Assembly: GCF_009914755.1 (NCBI RefSeq)
Contig: NC_060926.1
DNA: 64,000 nucleotides
Source of the DNA: the human T2T-CHM13v2.0 reference genome, Homo sapiens
Direction: 5' to 3' (one strand)
In this document: piece after piece, positions 15,135-31,234 of the stretch
Numbering within the stretch: the stretch's first letter is position 1
How the letters are laid out: each line of letters begins with the position of its first letter
Made by a program: the position numbers and the translations under genes
Notes under the pieces: generated by a model
The model's database searches: none
What the model was told of the DNA's origin: nothing
Seen by the model: the letters and a program-made list of their open reading frames with translations, nothing else

Positions 15135-16589
15135 TTTGGGAAAGGGGATCTGCTGACAAAAAATTGGGACTCTTTTAGCAGAAAGAAGTGAGGGGGAATA
15201 AGTGTTGGGCAGTTAGCATAGTCTCCCACCACCTGGACAAGAAAAAGGAGAAAAGACCTAATATTTGTTCACCACCTACTATGTGCATTAAGTATTTTAC
15301 ATACCTCAGCTCATATAATCCTTAAACTGAGGACACTGAGTAAAATTATTCAGAGAAGAAATTAACATGCCCAAGGATGGGGCAAGATCTCAAGATCAAT
15401 TCCATCTTCAAGCAAAACCTCTGCTCAGTCTCCACTGTGTTCTCCTCAGCTCCCTTTAGGAGTACTGAGAGATTAGAAAGTGCTTTCACAAGTGCAGGGT
15501 GGGCAGGGAGTGAGAGCGTGCACCCTCTCACCTTACCATAAGCTGGCTCAGTGGAACACCCTTTCACTTACATTATTTCATTTACACCAAAAACGAGGTA
15601 TTATGTCAGTATTGTGGGCTAAATTATATAATGATTAGACGATTGAGAAGTGGTGGGGCTGAGATTGGAACTATTTGTTCATTTATTCATTTCCCCACAA
15701 TATCGAGCCCCTAGTATGTGCCAGGCACTGTGAAACCTGACTCTCGGGTTGATTCCAGAACCCATGCACTCTCCATTCCCTCTACCACTATATTAGCTCC
15801 ATTTTAGAGACAGGTTCAGAAGGTTCCAGAGCTCACGCAAGATCACAAAGTTCCCATGAGGCAGAGCAGGCCTTGAGCCCAGGGGCTCTGGCTGTAAATC
15901 CAAGGCTCTTTCCCAAGCTTTCTCACAGGCTGTCTCCTTCCCACTCTTTGGCTTGTGCTTTTTGGACCCACTTGATGTTTCCCTATGTCCATTGTTCAGC
16001 CTCTGCAGGCCCATAAGACTGAAGTGAAAGACTGTTCTGAAGGGTAGAAAGAGATTTGGTGCCTACAAAATGAGTTTCAGGATACCAGAGCTATTGAGCC
16101 ACTGAATTAACCAACCCTGGTATTCTCTAGCCTTTGGTCTTTTTGTTACATGAGATAACAAACTTTCTTTCTCATTGTTCAAGCCTGTTGAGTCAGGATT
16201 TACTGCATCCTAACCTGTATGAAAATTTTGGTCGCTCTAGAATATAGTTCTTACAGTCTGGGAAACTCACTGAGGCACCTGCTTCGAAACATCTTTATTT
16301 ATTGTTTTGACATCAAGCTGGTTCATGGTGCTAACTCCTGATCTGGTCCTTTGATGAGATGGTCAGTTACTGAAGAACAAGAAGCTTTGCACTGATGTGA
16401 ATTTTGAAGCCCTAGATTCAAGCCCAGCTCCACTTCTAACTGGCTCCACACAGTTGCTCTCTATCCTTCCAGGCTATATTGTTGCCTTGGGAGACTTCCT
16501 TAGCCAAAGGGGACTAAGTGGGTTTCATTTCTCATGCCAGTTCTCACTGGAACACTGTGTGGATCACTTTCATGGAGCATCCAAGAATA

Positions 16590-16850
16590 TATGCTGTATG
16601 TTTCCATTCATATGAAGTTCAAGAATAGAACAAAACAGTCCACGGTGTTAGAAATCAGAATAGCAATTACCTGGTGGGTAGGAGGATACTGACTAAAAAG
16701 TGGCATGAGGGACTTCCTGGGTGGATGAAAATGTTCTGGATTTTGTTTTCTGTGGTGGTTACAAAGGTATATACAATTGTCAATATTTATCAAATGAACA
16801 TCTAAATATTCTGTGCATGTTATATAATTTATGCCTCAGTTTCAAAAATG
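16590..16850 (+). mobile_element. Old L1 3'-end fragment (L1ME/MC-like)
   Basis: 'tgtatgtttccattcatatgaagttcaagaa...gaaatcagaatag...aaatgttct'. Confidence 0.7.
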
Positions 16851-17666
16851 TTCTTAAGGAGAAAATGGATTCTGAGATCACCTTCAGTTCAGCAGTCAAG
16901 AATCCTGTGATTGATTAGGGATGTCTGCCATGGACACTGGGAAGGGTGAGAGATGTCAACACAAATATCACACATTTGCTATTCTTTTGCCTAAGCAATC
17001 ATCCTCTGAGAGTTTCTACATCACTTAAGTGGTTGTAGTAACTCAGTCCACCTTATAGGATTACAGATGAGGTGAAAGTTCTTTGTATAATGTAAATTCC
17101 TAGTCAATTGTAAGATGTTATTATTCATATTTATTCCCTATGATGTCTTGCACAGTGGCACTGACTTTGGCAGTAGGTTCCCAGAAAATTCTCCCCAGCT
17201 TAAATGAAATGCATCAGAGCCAGATATTTTCAAAATGCCAGGCTCCCCATGAACATGGACATGATTTGTCTGTCCCATTATTCACATTACAAACATTGAA
17301 TGCCAATGCAGATTTGTGAGCTGGCTTTCCCATTACAGTACAGAGCCATTTTTGAAGATACTAAAATGATTTTCACAGGCTGAACTAGGTAATGTGTTTT
17401 CTTCTGAAGTTTTTACCCTTTCCTAATACTCTATCTCAAGATGGGATCTGGTATATGTCATTTCTCCTTCTGCTTCCAACTGCAAACCTGCAGGGGCCTT
17501 TCAGAGCTTTGCTCTGAGGGCTCTTGGTTCATGTCTATTAGCCGAGGCATCTGTTTTTGGTGCCTTCTGGCACCTTCTGGGAGTTTCCTGGGTTACTGAT
17601 GAAGATTGTGCTAACCAGCCTGTATCACTGGGTGGCTCAGGGCTCAGCAGCTGTGCTGTTTCCTGA

Positions 17667-17924
<258 letters not shown>

Positions 17925-18480
17925 TGAAACACCAGGATTTCAAGCCCAATTCTGTGTTAAAGCAAAGTCCCCACGCTTGGTAGCCCACAAGCCCCTTTCA
18001 CGGCTCCCGTCCTTTGTCCTCTGACGCATTTGCAGAGGGAAGAACGGCCTGAAGTCCTGCCTTCACTCCCATCCCTTGCCCTCAGCAGCCTCACATGCCA
18101 CATCCAGGCCAGAACTTTCTTCCCAATCTTCTCCACTCAGAGACCCTCCAGTTCAACACCCATCTTTTACAAGATAAGGAAGAAGAAGCCCAGAGAGGCA
18201 AAGTAATTTGTCCAAGATCATTCAGTCAAAAGCAGAGCTGGGACCAGAAGTCAGATCCACCCTGCACCTCCACAGTTCCACATTCTTCCCAACATTCCTT
18301 AGTACCCCATCTGAGGTGATCCCAGGTCCTCCCGGAAGTGAAATGTTACGACTCTTCCTCTTAAAAATGGCGGCTCTCCAGCGCAATCCATTAGGAGTGC
18401 GATGGACACCCTTCTGATGAACAGACCCTAAATGCACTCTGTAGATGCTTGAAAACAAAAATGGGAAGTGGTTGGGGATT

Positions 18481-18641
18481 AGAGTTGCCAGATTTAGCAC
18501 ATGCATACCCACCCCCGCAACACGCATAAACAGTTACGCTTGCAGTCTTCAATCTTCGGGATGTACTTCTACTAAAAAAAATTAATTGTTTATCCAAAAT
18601 TCAAACTTAACTGGACATCCTGTATTTTATTTGGCAAGCCT
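18481..18641. mobile_element. MER53-like hAT MITE
   Basis: Termini 'gttgccagatttagca' and 'ttatttggcaagcc'; right arm 'ttgtttatccaaaattcaaacttaactggacatcctgtatttt'. Confidence 0.75.
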
Positions 18642-19829
18642 ATTTGGGATGAGAAGAGTGAGCAGAGAATGTGCCAGTACCCACTCGGCTGTTTGCCACT
18701 TCTTCAGCAACAACAAACAGCCAGGACTAGAGAAAGACTGACTTTCTTCCTGCTTTATAGGTTTACCCTGAGGAAGAAGAGAAAGCAATTCACTCCCCCA
18801 ATAAGTGGTGACTTGAAGCAAAATGAAAGTTGTGGGCTCCTCCAGTCATTGGTTTTACTCTCAGGGCAGTTCCACAGTTATAGGCAGTTCCATTTATTTG
18901 AAACTTTTGAGAAAGAGCCACTTAACCAAAGAAGTGTTTCTCATTGAGTGGGGCAGAGGGCAGAGCAGGCCATTCTCCTATAGCCTAGGTCCAACATTCC
19001 CCAGAATGAAGGCCCCTCTTGACCTCAAAAAAGGTCGAGTCCTCCATTGGAGTCTATGGCTAAAATGTGTGGTTTAAGGAAAGATACACACACACATGCA
19101 TTCTTGAGCTCCTTGCCATAATTCCTTGCCAAAGCCCCTCTTGAAGTTGAGGACCTCAAGCTGGAGGCACAATGGCAAGAATCTGGTGTAAGCCCATCAG
19201 TCCAATGGCCCCTACCACCCTCTTCCTGCACATCTCAGAGCTCCCCACTTTATGATACTAATGTACATATTCTCTTGGATTTCTTTACACCCCTATGATT
19301 AATCCTCCCCACCCTTCAAGCTCACACCTTCTACAAAGTCTTTGCTGAAAGCTCCAGTCAATATTGAGCTCCTTGTTTTCTGAACTTATATTACACTGAC
19401 ACTCAGAGCCATACAGAACACAAGAGAGCTTTGTCTCTCCAATAGACTACTGAGTGCCTTTTAAAAGGGCCCAAGTCTGGTTCCACTGTATCTACTTCAC
19501 TGGCTAGCCGAGGGGTGGGCCCATTGGGAAGTCCTCAATAAATACTTATAGAATGACTGGATTGAGGAGGCTGCTGATCATGGGGCCTACAGAAGCAAAT
19601 AGGATACATCCACTACCACTGGATCTCCTCCTGAGGCAGGAGGAGCTTTTTGCTCCAAAGCAGCAGCCATGCTCCTTCCACCAGGGAGACCCAGTTCTTG
19701 GGAATGATGGGGTGGAGGAAGTACACATGTAGCACAGAACCAGAAGCACCCAAGACACTAGATAGACAAGGCCTCTGTGGGTTCTATCTGACTTTTTAAT
19801 CTCCCTCATCTTCTAATTGTCTTCCCTAA

Positions 19830-20105
<276 letters not shown>

Positions 20106-20242
20106 TGATTTACATGTTGATTTTATGACCAGTTCTCAGATATTTGAATTGTTAACACCTTAAAATGGCATTTCCCAAAACAAGGTCTTGAGATTCTGGG
20201 TTGCATAGTCCTCAATCTGTAAAATGAGGGGTTAGTGCAGAC

Positions 20243-20441
20243 CAGCACTGTCCAATAGTGCTTTTCACAGTGATGGAATGTCCCATATGGGCTGTCCAAT
20301 AAAGTGGCCATTAGCCACATGTGGCTATTGAGCATTTGAAATGTAGCAGTACAACAGTGAAACTGAGCTTTTTATTTTATATTAATTAATTTATATATAA
20401 ATAACCACATGCAGCTGGTGGCTACTGTGTTTGGCAGTGTA
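20243..20441. mobile_element. MER3-like hAT-Charlie MITE
   Basis: 'cagcactgtccaatag...agccacatgtggctattgagcatttgaaatgt...gtggctactgtgtttggcagtgtag'. Confidence 0.8.
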
Positions 20442-20912
20442 GGTCTAGACTTTAGATTTTAGATGATTTCTTAGATCTGTTCCACTCTTATATTCCTGAA
20501 TCCTGTGATTTTTGTGGCAATATGATGTGAAATATATATATAGGATTTAGAGCCAGAAATGTGTATCGAAATGGCTGTTCTCTCATTTACTAGTGTAAGA
20601 TCTTAAGTAAGTCATTTAACCTCTTTGAGCTTCTGTTTGCTCATCTCTGTAATGGGCACAGTAAGATCTACATAGTAGCTATACAGAAAATTATTGCAAG
20701 CCATCTGTAAACTGTTTAGTATTATGGGGATTGACACTGTCAATCCCAATATTATTCTATGGAACTTGAAGCATTAAAAGAGCCAGAAGTCACCTTTGGT
20801 AAGGGAGATGGGAAAAGACAACTGGGTAGCAGTAATAGGCAAAGACGAGAGCCTTGGCTGGTAGCAGGGTTCTTGAGAAAATAAAAGAGCAAGAGCCCAA
20901 CATAAGATTTTT

Positions 20913-21199
<287 letters not shown>

Positions 21200-21384
21200 T
21201 ATGTATAATGAAATTTTCCAGAAACAGTGGCAGTGCCTGACCAACCCCCATCTTTGGGGAAATGATCCGGTCAGGATAAGTAGAGAATCTGGTTTATCAA
21301 ATGAATGGAGAAGTGAACATGGCAGGTTCTCAGAGCCTGGGGCCATTAAACATTTCAACCAACCACACATCTCACTTGAGTCTT

Positions 21385-21770
<386 letters not shown>

Positions 21771-22713
21771 TGAGGGATAAAGTGACTTTCCTAATTGATG
21801 CCATATACCAAGGAGCTGTCACAATCAGGCAGAAAACAAAGAGGCTGTATCAAATAGTGATTAAACATGTGGCCATTAGCACCGATTCCAAGCCATATAG
21901 CCACTCTGGGCCTTGGTTTTCTCATTTATAAAATGGAGATGACCATACCCGTCTTTATCTCACAGTGTTGCATGTGGGAATTAAATAATATACTAATAGA
22001 AGCTGGCACATACTATGTGCTCAATAAATGTTCATTATACCTCCTTAGCTTGTGTTTTAAGCATAATTACTAACTGGAATGCCCAATTGCCCATGATCAT
22101 AGGGGCCAAAAAAAAATCTATTTTAAAAGAAGCAAAAATAGTTCAGTGGCTGTAACTTGAACCCTGACTGATGTTTTCATTTGTTTGAACCTCATCTTCC
22201 ACTGGTTTCCCTCTCTTTGCCCAACACTTTATCTGAAGAAGTAGCAAAAGTCCCAGCTGCAAATCCCAGGTCTCCAATAATGTGATGCTGGCTAAGTCAC
22301 TTATGCTCCCTGCATCTTCAGTTTGTGCATATGTAAAATGCAAATACTGGGGTCTGCATTCCTTCCTCCCTGGGTTGTTTGTGAAGAATAACAGGAGAGG
22401 ACAGAGCTACTCCAATGCACATTATCTGGATTATCTGAATCCATGCCTGAGATATAGAGAGACTAAGTTTTGTGGTCTCCTTTCAACAACTAAAGCTTCC
22501 AATACTTTGCTTGCAAACCTGTTTCTATTAAGCACAAATAAATGAATCAGATGATGATGTTTACTAAGAAAAAAAATTCTGTTTCCCCTCGCATTGATTG
22601 AGTCACATATTCAAACTCACCTGGGATATTACCAAAGGGAAAATTGTCTCTGTATCCCCCTACTCACAATGCCGCCCACCCCAACTTAGATACCCAATGT
22701 GTAAGACTGTTCA

Positions 22714-23027
<314 letters not shown>

Positions 23028-24318
23028 TTAGTAAGTTTCACTTCCTCCACCCTCAGAAATGCATTTGGTTCCAGGTGAATCTGACCAGAAAAGATGGACC
23101 TAGTTTAGTGTCTGGTTTGACCCCAAGGAATCATTCTACAAGGGATCATTCCAGAATATCCCCAAAGGTCTTTAGTGCTGCACTCTGTATGGAGTTGAGG
23201 TCCTCTTAGGAGCAGGCCTAATGTAGCCCTGGGTCACCTCATATTAATGAGTCCCCAGCCCATCAGATTTCCCTGGGCCACTAAAACCAGAGCAGACCCT
23301 CTGAACCTGAACCTGAGCCTGAGCCTGTATTTCTTCCACCAACACTCAGCCTCAGTTCACATCTAGCATGGCCTTCAGGAGCCAGTGGGCAAAGGAAGGA
23401 GAGCTGGAGGGAGGGAGTAGCCCCACCTGTGGGCAATTGACTCTTGGCCCAGTGACACCAAGGATGGAAATAATGAACGGGAGCAGAGAGGGAAAGTGAG
23501 GCTGGCTGGAGGCAGGAGGAGAAGCAGCTCGCAGAAGTCTTGTGATCCATCACACACAGGCCCGAAGCCTTCCAGAGCCCCTAGTTGAAAGACAACCCCA
23601 AATTGTTCCATGGAGCTGCATGCTGGGAATAAAGGTATTGCTAAAGCTTGGCTCCAAACAAGGAAGCTTTGCCAGACTGCTTCAGCAATAAATCTACCTT
23701 GAGAAAGTGATGAAAACAGCTGCAGGACCCCTTAAACCATTGATGAAAGACTTGTTAACTATGTTGGAGTCATCTGTTGACTCAGATCCTTCCTGAGGGT
23801 TGCAGACAGGATAAGTTCAGAGAGCTAAACAGCAGTCTTACCTCAGTGCATTCAGCAGAGGCTTTTCCACAAGTAAAGAGCCAGGAGATAGCCCGGGAAT
23901 CCCAAGAGCTTGCTTCAGGCTGAGCACCTCCATGACAACAGAGCAGGCTGCAGGTCACGCCACCATAATCACAGCACTGTCATCCACTAATCCCTCACAG
24001 TTTACAAGGGGCTGTCACATTCATTATCTTATTTGAGCTCCAAATAACTCTACAAGGAAGTGAGGGCAAGAAATCTGTATCCCCATTTTACAGATTGGGA
24101 AACTGTGTCCAAGAAGTGAAGACTCAACCCTGAGCCTCCTGACTGCTAGTGCAGCTCTGTTTCCACAGACCTGGCTGCCACTTCCGAGGAGGCACTATCA
24201 GAAATACAAAATAAGGGAGGAGGGGGAGCAAGGGAGGGCCTTGAGCACTTTTACTCAGAGAAGCAAGAAGGGAGGCAGTTTGGAGGCAGCAAGAACACCA
24301 CGTCCATTTCCAGGGTGA

Positions 24319-24800
<482 letters not shown>

Positions 24801-24988
24801 AGAGGTACCACTTCTAATGGGCTCTCTTCTGTCATTGTTCTTGACTACAGAGAGGATTCTCTCTCCCTTTGCCATTTCTTGAGACTTCCAGAGAAGGGAA
24901 GAGTACTTTGACCTTTTTGACCACCATTTCCCCAAAGTGTCACCTATAGAACTGTAGCATTGCAAGATGCTCCATTTAACAAAGTTTT

Positions 24989-25288
24989 GGCTGGGTGTGG
25001 TGGCTCACGCCTGTAATCCCAACACTTTGGGAGACCAAGGCAGGTGGATCACCTGAGGCCAGGAGTTCGAGACCAGCCTGGCCAACATGGTGAAACCCCG
25101 TCTCTACTAAAAATACAAAAATTAGCTGGGCATTATGGTGGGCACCTGTAATCCCAGCTACTCAGAAGGCTGAGGCAGGAGAATCGCTTGAACCTGGGAG
25201 GAGGAGGTTGTAGTAAGCCAAGATCGCACCACTGCACTCCAGCCTGGGCAACAGAGTGAAACCCTGCCTCTAAAAAATAAATAAATAA
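24989..25288 (+). mobile_element. Alu (AluS)
   Basis: Full dimer with a TAAA tail. Confidence 0.93.
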
Positions 25289-25698
25289 GAGTTTCATAGG
25301 CAAATACACTGGGGAAGTGCTGCACGCCTTCTCCTCCTGGAAAGTCACATGTGTAGTTAGATACAGAGAGCTTGGAGAAGTTCTATAACATAGTCACCAG
25401 CTTAACTTTGTTAAACTCTGGGTTTTCCAAACTTATGTAACCACAGATTCTCCCCTGACTCTTTGCTCATCTTGGCAGCTGTTAATCTTGTTTGAAAAAT
25501 AGCTATTGCCTTAGACTCAGAAAAGCCTTGTTTTGGGTCCTGCTTTTTGATAGTTGTGATGAGCCTGTCCAAGAATCGTAACTAACTTTGAGCCTGAATT
25601 CACCTCTTCTGTAAAATGGAGCTATTATCATATGTCTAACAAGGTTACTGTGAGAATTAAATGAGTTACAATGTAGAAACACTTTCTAAACTCTAAGG

Positions 25699-25699
<1 letters not shown>

Positions 25700-25734
<35 letters not shown>

Positions 25735-25751
25735 ACGCGCGCGCGCGCGCA
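25700..25751. repeat. Compound microsatellite (GT)16-GCAC-(GC)7
   Basis: Read directly; uninterrupted purine-pyrimidine alternation. Confidence 0.97.
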
Positions 25752-25897
25752 GGATAACAATTGTTCAGAGCAACATAGACAACATCTGCTCCCATCCTGA
25801 ATAAACTCATTTGACTAACAAGAAGGTCATCTGCCAAGGAGAAGAGGAAAGGGGGAGAAGAGCCACAGAGTGGAAGGGCAGAGGGGAGAAACATTTC

Positions 25898-26202
25898 TTT
25901 TTGGGGGGTGGTGGGGGAGGGACACGATCTTGCTCTCTTGCCCAGGCTGGAGTGCAGAGGTGCTACCACAGTTCACTGCAGGCTTGACCTCCTGGGCTCA
26001 AGCAATCCTCCTGCCTCAGCCCCCTGAGTAGCTGGGACTACAGGTGTGTGCCACCATGCCTGGCTAATTTTTAAAATTTTTTTGTAGAGATTGGGTCTCA
26101 CTATGTTGCCCAGGCTGGTCTCAAACTCCTGAGCTCAAGCAATCCTCCTGCCTCGGCCTCCCAAAGTGCTAGGATTACAGGTGTGAGCCACTGCGTTCAG
26201 CC
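25898..26202 (-). mobile_element. Alu (AluJ-like)
   Basis: Antisense dimer; TSD gagaaacatttc. Confidence 0.92.
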
Positions 26203-26525
26203 TGAGAAACATTTCATAATGGATAAAAACACCAATACTAGCACTTCATTTTGATTTTTAATCAAAATCTTGTGATTTTTTTTCACAAGATCGCACTATA
26301 TGTCAGGCATGGCTAAGTATCATTCTTTCCATCATCAACAATAAAATGTTTTATTGTAATAAACAGCATTAAAGAGTTTGCTGTTATAACCTTATTTTTC
26401 TTCCCAACCTGCAAAAGAAATTTCATCCTTGAAACCATAAGCCTAGCCACAAGGGCTGTTAAAGAAACCTGCTCTGCCCCTTTATGACAGCCTGTTTACA
26501 GGAATGTGTATCTGTCGTTCCCTAG

Positions 26526-26768
<243 letters not shown>

Positions 26769-27149
26769 TAAGGACACTGAGGCATGCCAAACATCACTTC
26801 CTTGCGCCACTCACCTTACAAAATAAAAGCCAGAATCTAGCTGGACGTGGGAATGAGACTCTGGCAGGCTCCTCTTTGCCTAGTGCTTAGCTGCATGCAT
26901 TCGGAAATCATACTGTCTGGGCTCAAGTTACCCCCACTTACAGTTGTGATCTTGGACATATTAACCAATATTGCTGATGCTCAGTTTTCTCATCTGTAGA
27001 ATGGGGATAATAATTACCCCATAAGGCTATTGTGTAAAAACCCAGATCAGGAGACTGGGGCTCTCTGAACCTGCCTCCCCCAAAGCTAGGGCTGTCCCAG
27101 TGCCCCAGCACACTGCCTGCCTTTCTCCCCATTAACTACGACGTGATAA

Positions 27150-27446
<297 letters not shown>

Positions 27447-29780
27447 TGACTCGAAAGGATGTCTCAAAAGAGAACTGGCCTCTCTAGCGTCTGAGCTGAC
27501 CAGGTGGAGCTGAATAGAGCTGTAGTAATTTACTAAAGGTTGAAAATCATGAAGTGCAAGGAATTTCAGCTGCCACCAATTCTACCTTAAAGCATGTGTT
27601 ATTACCACACTCCCTGATAGCAACAGAATTCTTTGATTTCTTAAGGGGCAAGGGATTATCTGTAAACGTTTTAAAGGACAGAATTTGAGTTTGTAAGCAG
27701 TTAACTTACTTCAGATTCAAAATGCTGGAGATCTTGAATCCAGCAACAGTTTGGCTCCACTGAGGGTCTATCACCTTTGAAAATGCAGGGGAAATTTTGC
27801 AAGTCTATCAACCTCCTTTGGGAGTCAAATACACCTTTTTTAGAGATGTCCTTGGCTGTCTCTGGCCTGGTCCTGCCTTGCAGTTCTATGTGGGTCTTTC
27901 TTTGGTGTTTGGAGGCACCAGTGATGAATGGGGACAAGCAAGGGCCCCCGGATGTTCTGCCCGGAGTAGCTATGGGAACATGAGCAGGTCACTCACACAC
28001 TCTGAGCACAGTGACTTTATCTGTGTATCCAGATAATAATGTCAACCTTACAGGGCTGGTAGAAGAGATGAAGCACTTTTAGGAAAGTATGTTGTATCTG
28101 ACTGTGATCTACAGTGATGTTGATTAATTGCAGGGATTCATGTCATCTGAAGTGTTCCTGAAGCAGCCATGGGCACTCCAGGTGGTCCTGCTGCCAGTGA
28201 GGGAGGTTGTTTACAGTCTGTTCAAGATTTTCTCAGATTTCCTGTGTCTGAGTTGATCTAAACCTTTCCATCCACACCAGAAGGGCCTCTGTCTTCCCAG
28301 GTTCCTTTGGTGCAGGAGTGAACAGCAGGCTTGACCTGCCAAGCTCACCACAGGCCCAAGGAAAGCCCTCGACTTTGCTCCTGGGTCAGGCCAGAACTGA
28401 GCCAGGCCCAGAGGAAAGGAGTCCCTTCCCTCAACCCATGTATATGGTTTCACAGAGGAAAGCAATATTTTCCACCATATTAAAACTCTGTGTAAGTTTT
28501 TAATTAGGATAAAGAAATTAAGTCTTGGCTCGTCAGCCATACCTCACACAAATCATTTGAGTTTCCACATTGATTTCTCAATGCAAACGTTGTCAAACAA
28601 AATGCACAAGGTCAGTATTCAAAAAAGGGCAGTTGGTGTGGGCAGCCGGCACCTGGACAGTGAGGGTCTCCAGGATCATAAAGATCCTATGTGCGTGTGT
28701 TTGGTTTATCATTTTCTTAATGTCTCAAAATTATAAATATTACCCTGCATAGATTTGGTTGAATTTCCTTCTTCAATCAACTCTAAATACATAGGTTGCT
28801 TATGTATGCTTCTGATCTTTTTTTTTCTTTTTGAGTACTAAAAAGGAGACACTAGAAGGGTGTCTGACTTCCCAGATTTCTTTGGCCCAGGAGCAAACAG
28901 CAGGCCTAATGCTTTTATTTTTCCTCCTATGAAACTGAACTCCTGAAACCAGAACATGTACACATTTCACAGAGCCAAGTTCATATGTTAAAAGTTGCAA
29001 ACTAAAAGGAGAAATTTTCAGCAACCTCTGAATAATTAGAAACAGGAGGCTGTTACTACTACCCCCAGTGAATCTCTCATACACACACACATACACATAC
29101 ACGCACACACACACACACTTTTTGGGGGACAGAAAAAAAACTGGACAAAGTTGCTGATTCTGACACACAATGATTCTTTTTCAGCTATGTTCATATTACA
29201 TAAGTATGAAAAACTTCAATTTTTCTGCTAGTGGCTAGATAAATGCTAACGAGAGGAGAGTCTACTCTCAAAGAAATATGGAAATAATCCTAGTTTCAAA
29301 CACTATTATAATTGCATATATTAGCTCATTTAATCCTTACAACAACCTTATAAGGTAAGTAGTATGATTACTCCTGTTTTACAGAGGAAGAAATTGTAGC
29401 TTGGCTTAGATAAGGTCAGCAATCACAAATGCTATTTCCTGCACCTTCTTAGTGGAAAGCTTGCTCAAACAATGTTCTGTACTTTGCTTTTTCCCTTAAC
29501 AGCATATGCTGAGATTTCTCCCAATCAGTTCAAAGAGATCTCAGCTATGTCATTTTAGTCCGGCTCAGTCTTTCCAGCTGCAAGAAAAAGAAAGACTTTA
29601 TATCCTCTCAAAGGCTCTTAAACTGAGCATGTTTATAATTCTCAGAGGATTCACAGGCAGGATTAACAGGGGCATATGCTGGATCCCAGGAGACCAAGTG
29701 GCACCACTGAAGTCAGATACCGGCTCCCAGCTGGATTAGCTTACCTCTCTCAGCAGCTCCTGGTGCAAGAGATACAATAA

Positions 29781-30053
<273 letters not shown>

Positions 30054-31234
30054 TGAGGGAGAGCCTGGGATGGGGGGTCCTGCCACTTCTACATGCTCCT
30101 ACATCATGGCTGACGTTCCCTATGGTCATCCCCTTCAGAGAATATTTTTTAAAGAAGGAAAAAGGATAAAATCTAGAAGAAGATCTCTTCTGATCATATT
30201 CAATTGGATTTTTAAAATATTTATTATACCCTTCATTAAGCAATGCATTTTGTTAAGCTGTGGAAGAGAAAGGAAGACAGGTATTTACATAAGTAAGTCC
30301 AATGCACCATAGGTGTTATAAAAGGGCAAGAATTTTTCAGGCAGCTTACAAAAAAATAATTGTATAAAACAAGACAACTAAAATTGAAATTGGAAAAAAA
30401 AAAACCTGGGTAAAAGGAGTAGAGAAATAGATGTTATCAGACATCTGAGATGAATTCATGGTTTGAAGTAAGTACTGGATTTAGCTGAGTTTCCTGGCAG
30501 CCAAGGTAAAAAGGACACTGGAATCTTTACACCTCCATTTTATAAAAGAAAGATAAAAGTTTATCCAAAAAGTCATTTTCCTGATTTTGAATTAGGTTAT
30601 TTTGTAAGGGATGACCTCTATAATCTTTGCCACGGCAGAGATTATGTGCTTCTAAGCAAAGTTCTAAGAGAATATGAGCAAAGGAGTTCAATTCCAACTG
30701 GCGACGTGGGCTTTTTAGGGGAGGCTTCTGAGTGACCTCTCATCCTGTGTCACAAGGAAAAACTCTTTCTGACTTTCCTTTCATTCCATAGTACTCTTGT
30801 TTAAGACACATTCTTGCTCCAGGGACTTCTCTGGGCCCTCTGGGGCAAAAAGTGTCCTAGTTTTGACAGGGGTCCTAGTTCTGAGTTTTCTAGAAATTTC
30901 AGCAGAGACTGCCACTGGCTTCTTGGAGAGTTTGACTCCTGGGAATCACACAGGCAGCCATTTTGTTCTAAGCCTGTTTGGACTTCTTACTGGAAAGAAT
31001 GCCTAACGGTGGAGCTTAAAAGACCAATGGAAGGGGACATGAAGGAACTTTCTGGGGTGATGAAAAATGTTCTCACTCTGGGTTGCTTGTATGGATTATA
31101 GATTTGTCAAAACTCATTGAACTGTGCACTTAAGATCTGTGCGATTCACTCTATGTAGATTTTACCTTGCCAAAAAAAATTACTCAGCTCCCTAAAAAAA
31201 ATAATAATAATAAATAAAATCAACAACACAGTGT

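Noticed and set aside
25903-25921. G-rich run in an Alu tail as a G-quadruplex (similar C-run at about 22994)
   Set aside because: Irregular tracts and marginal G4 potential, with no supporting context.
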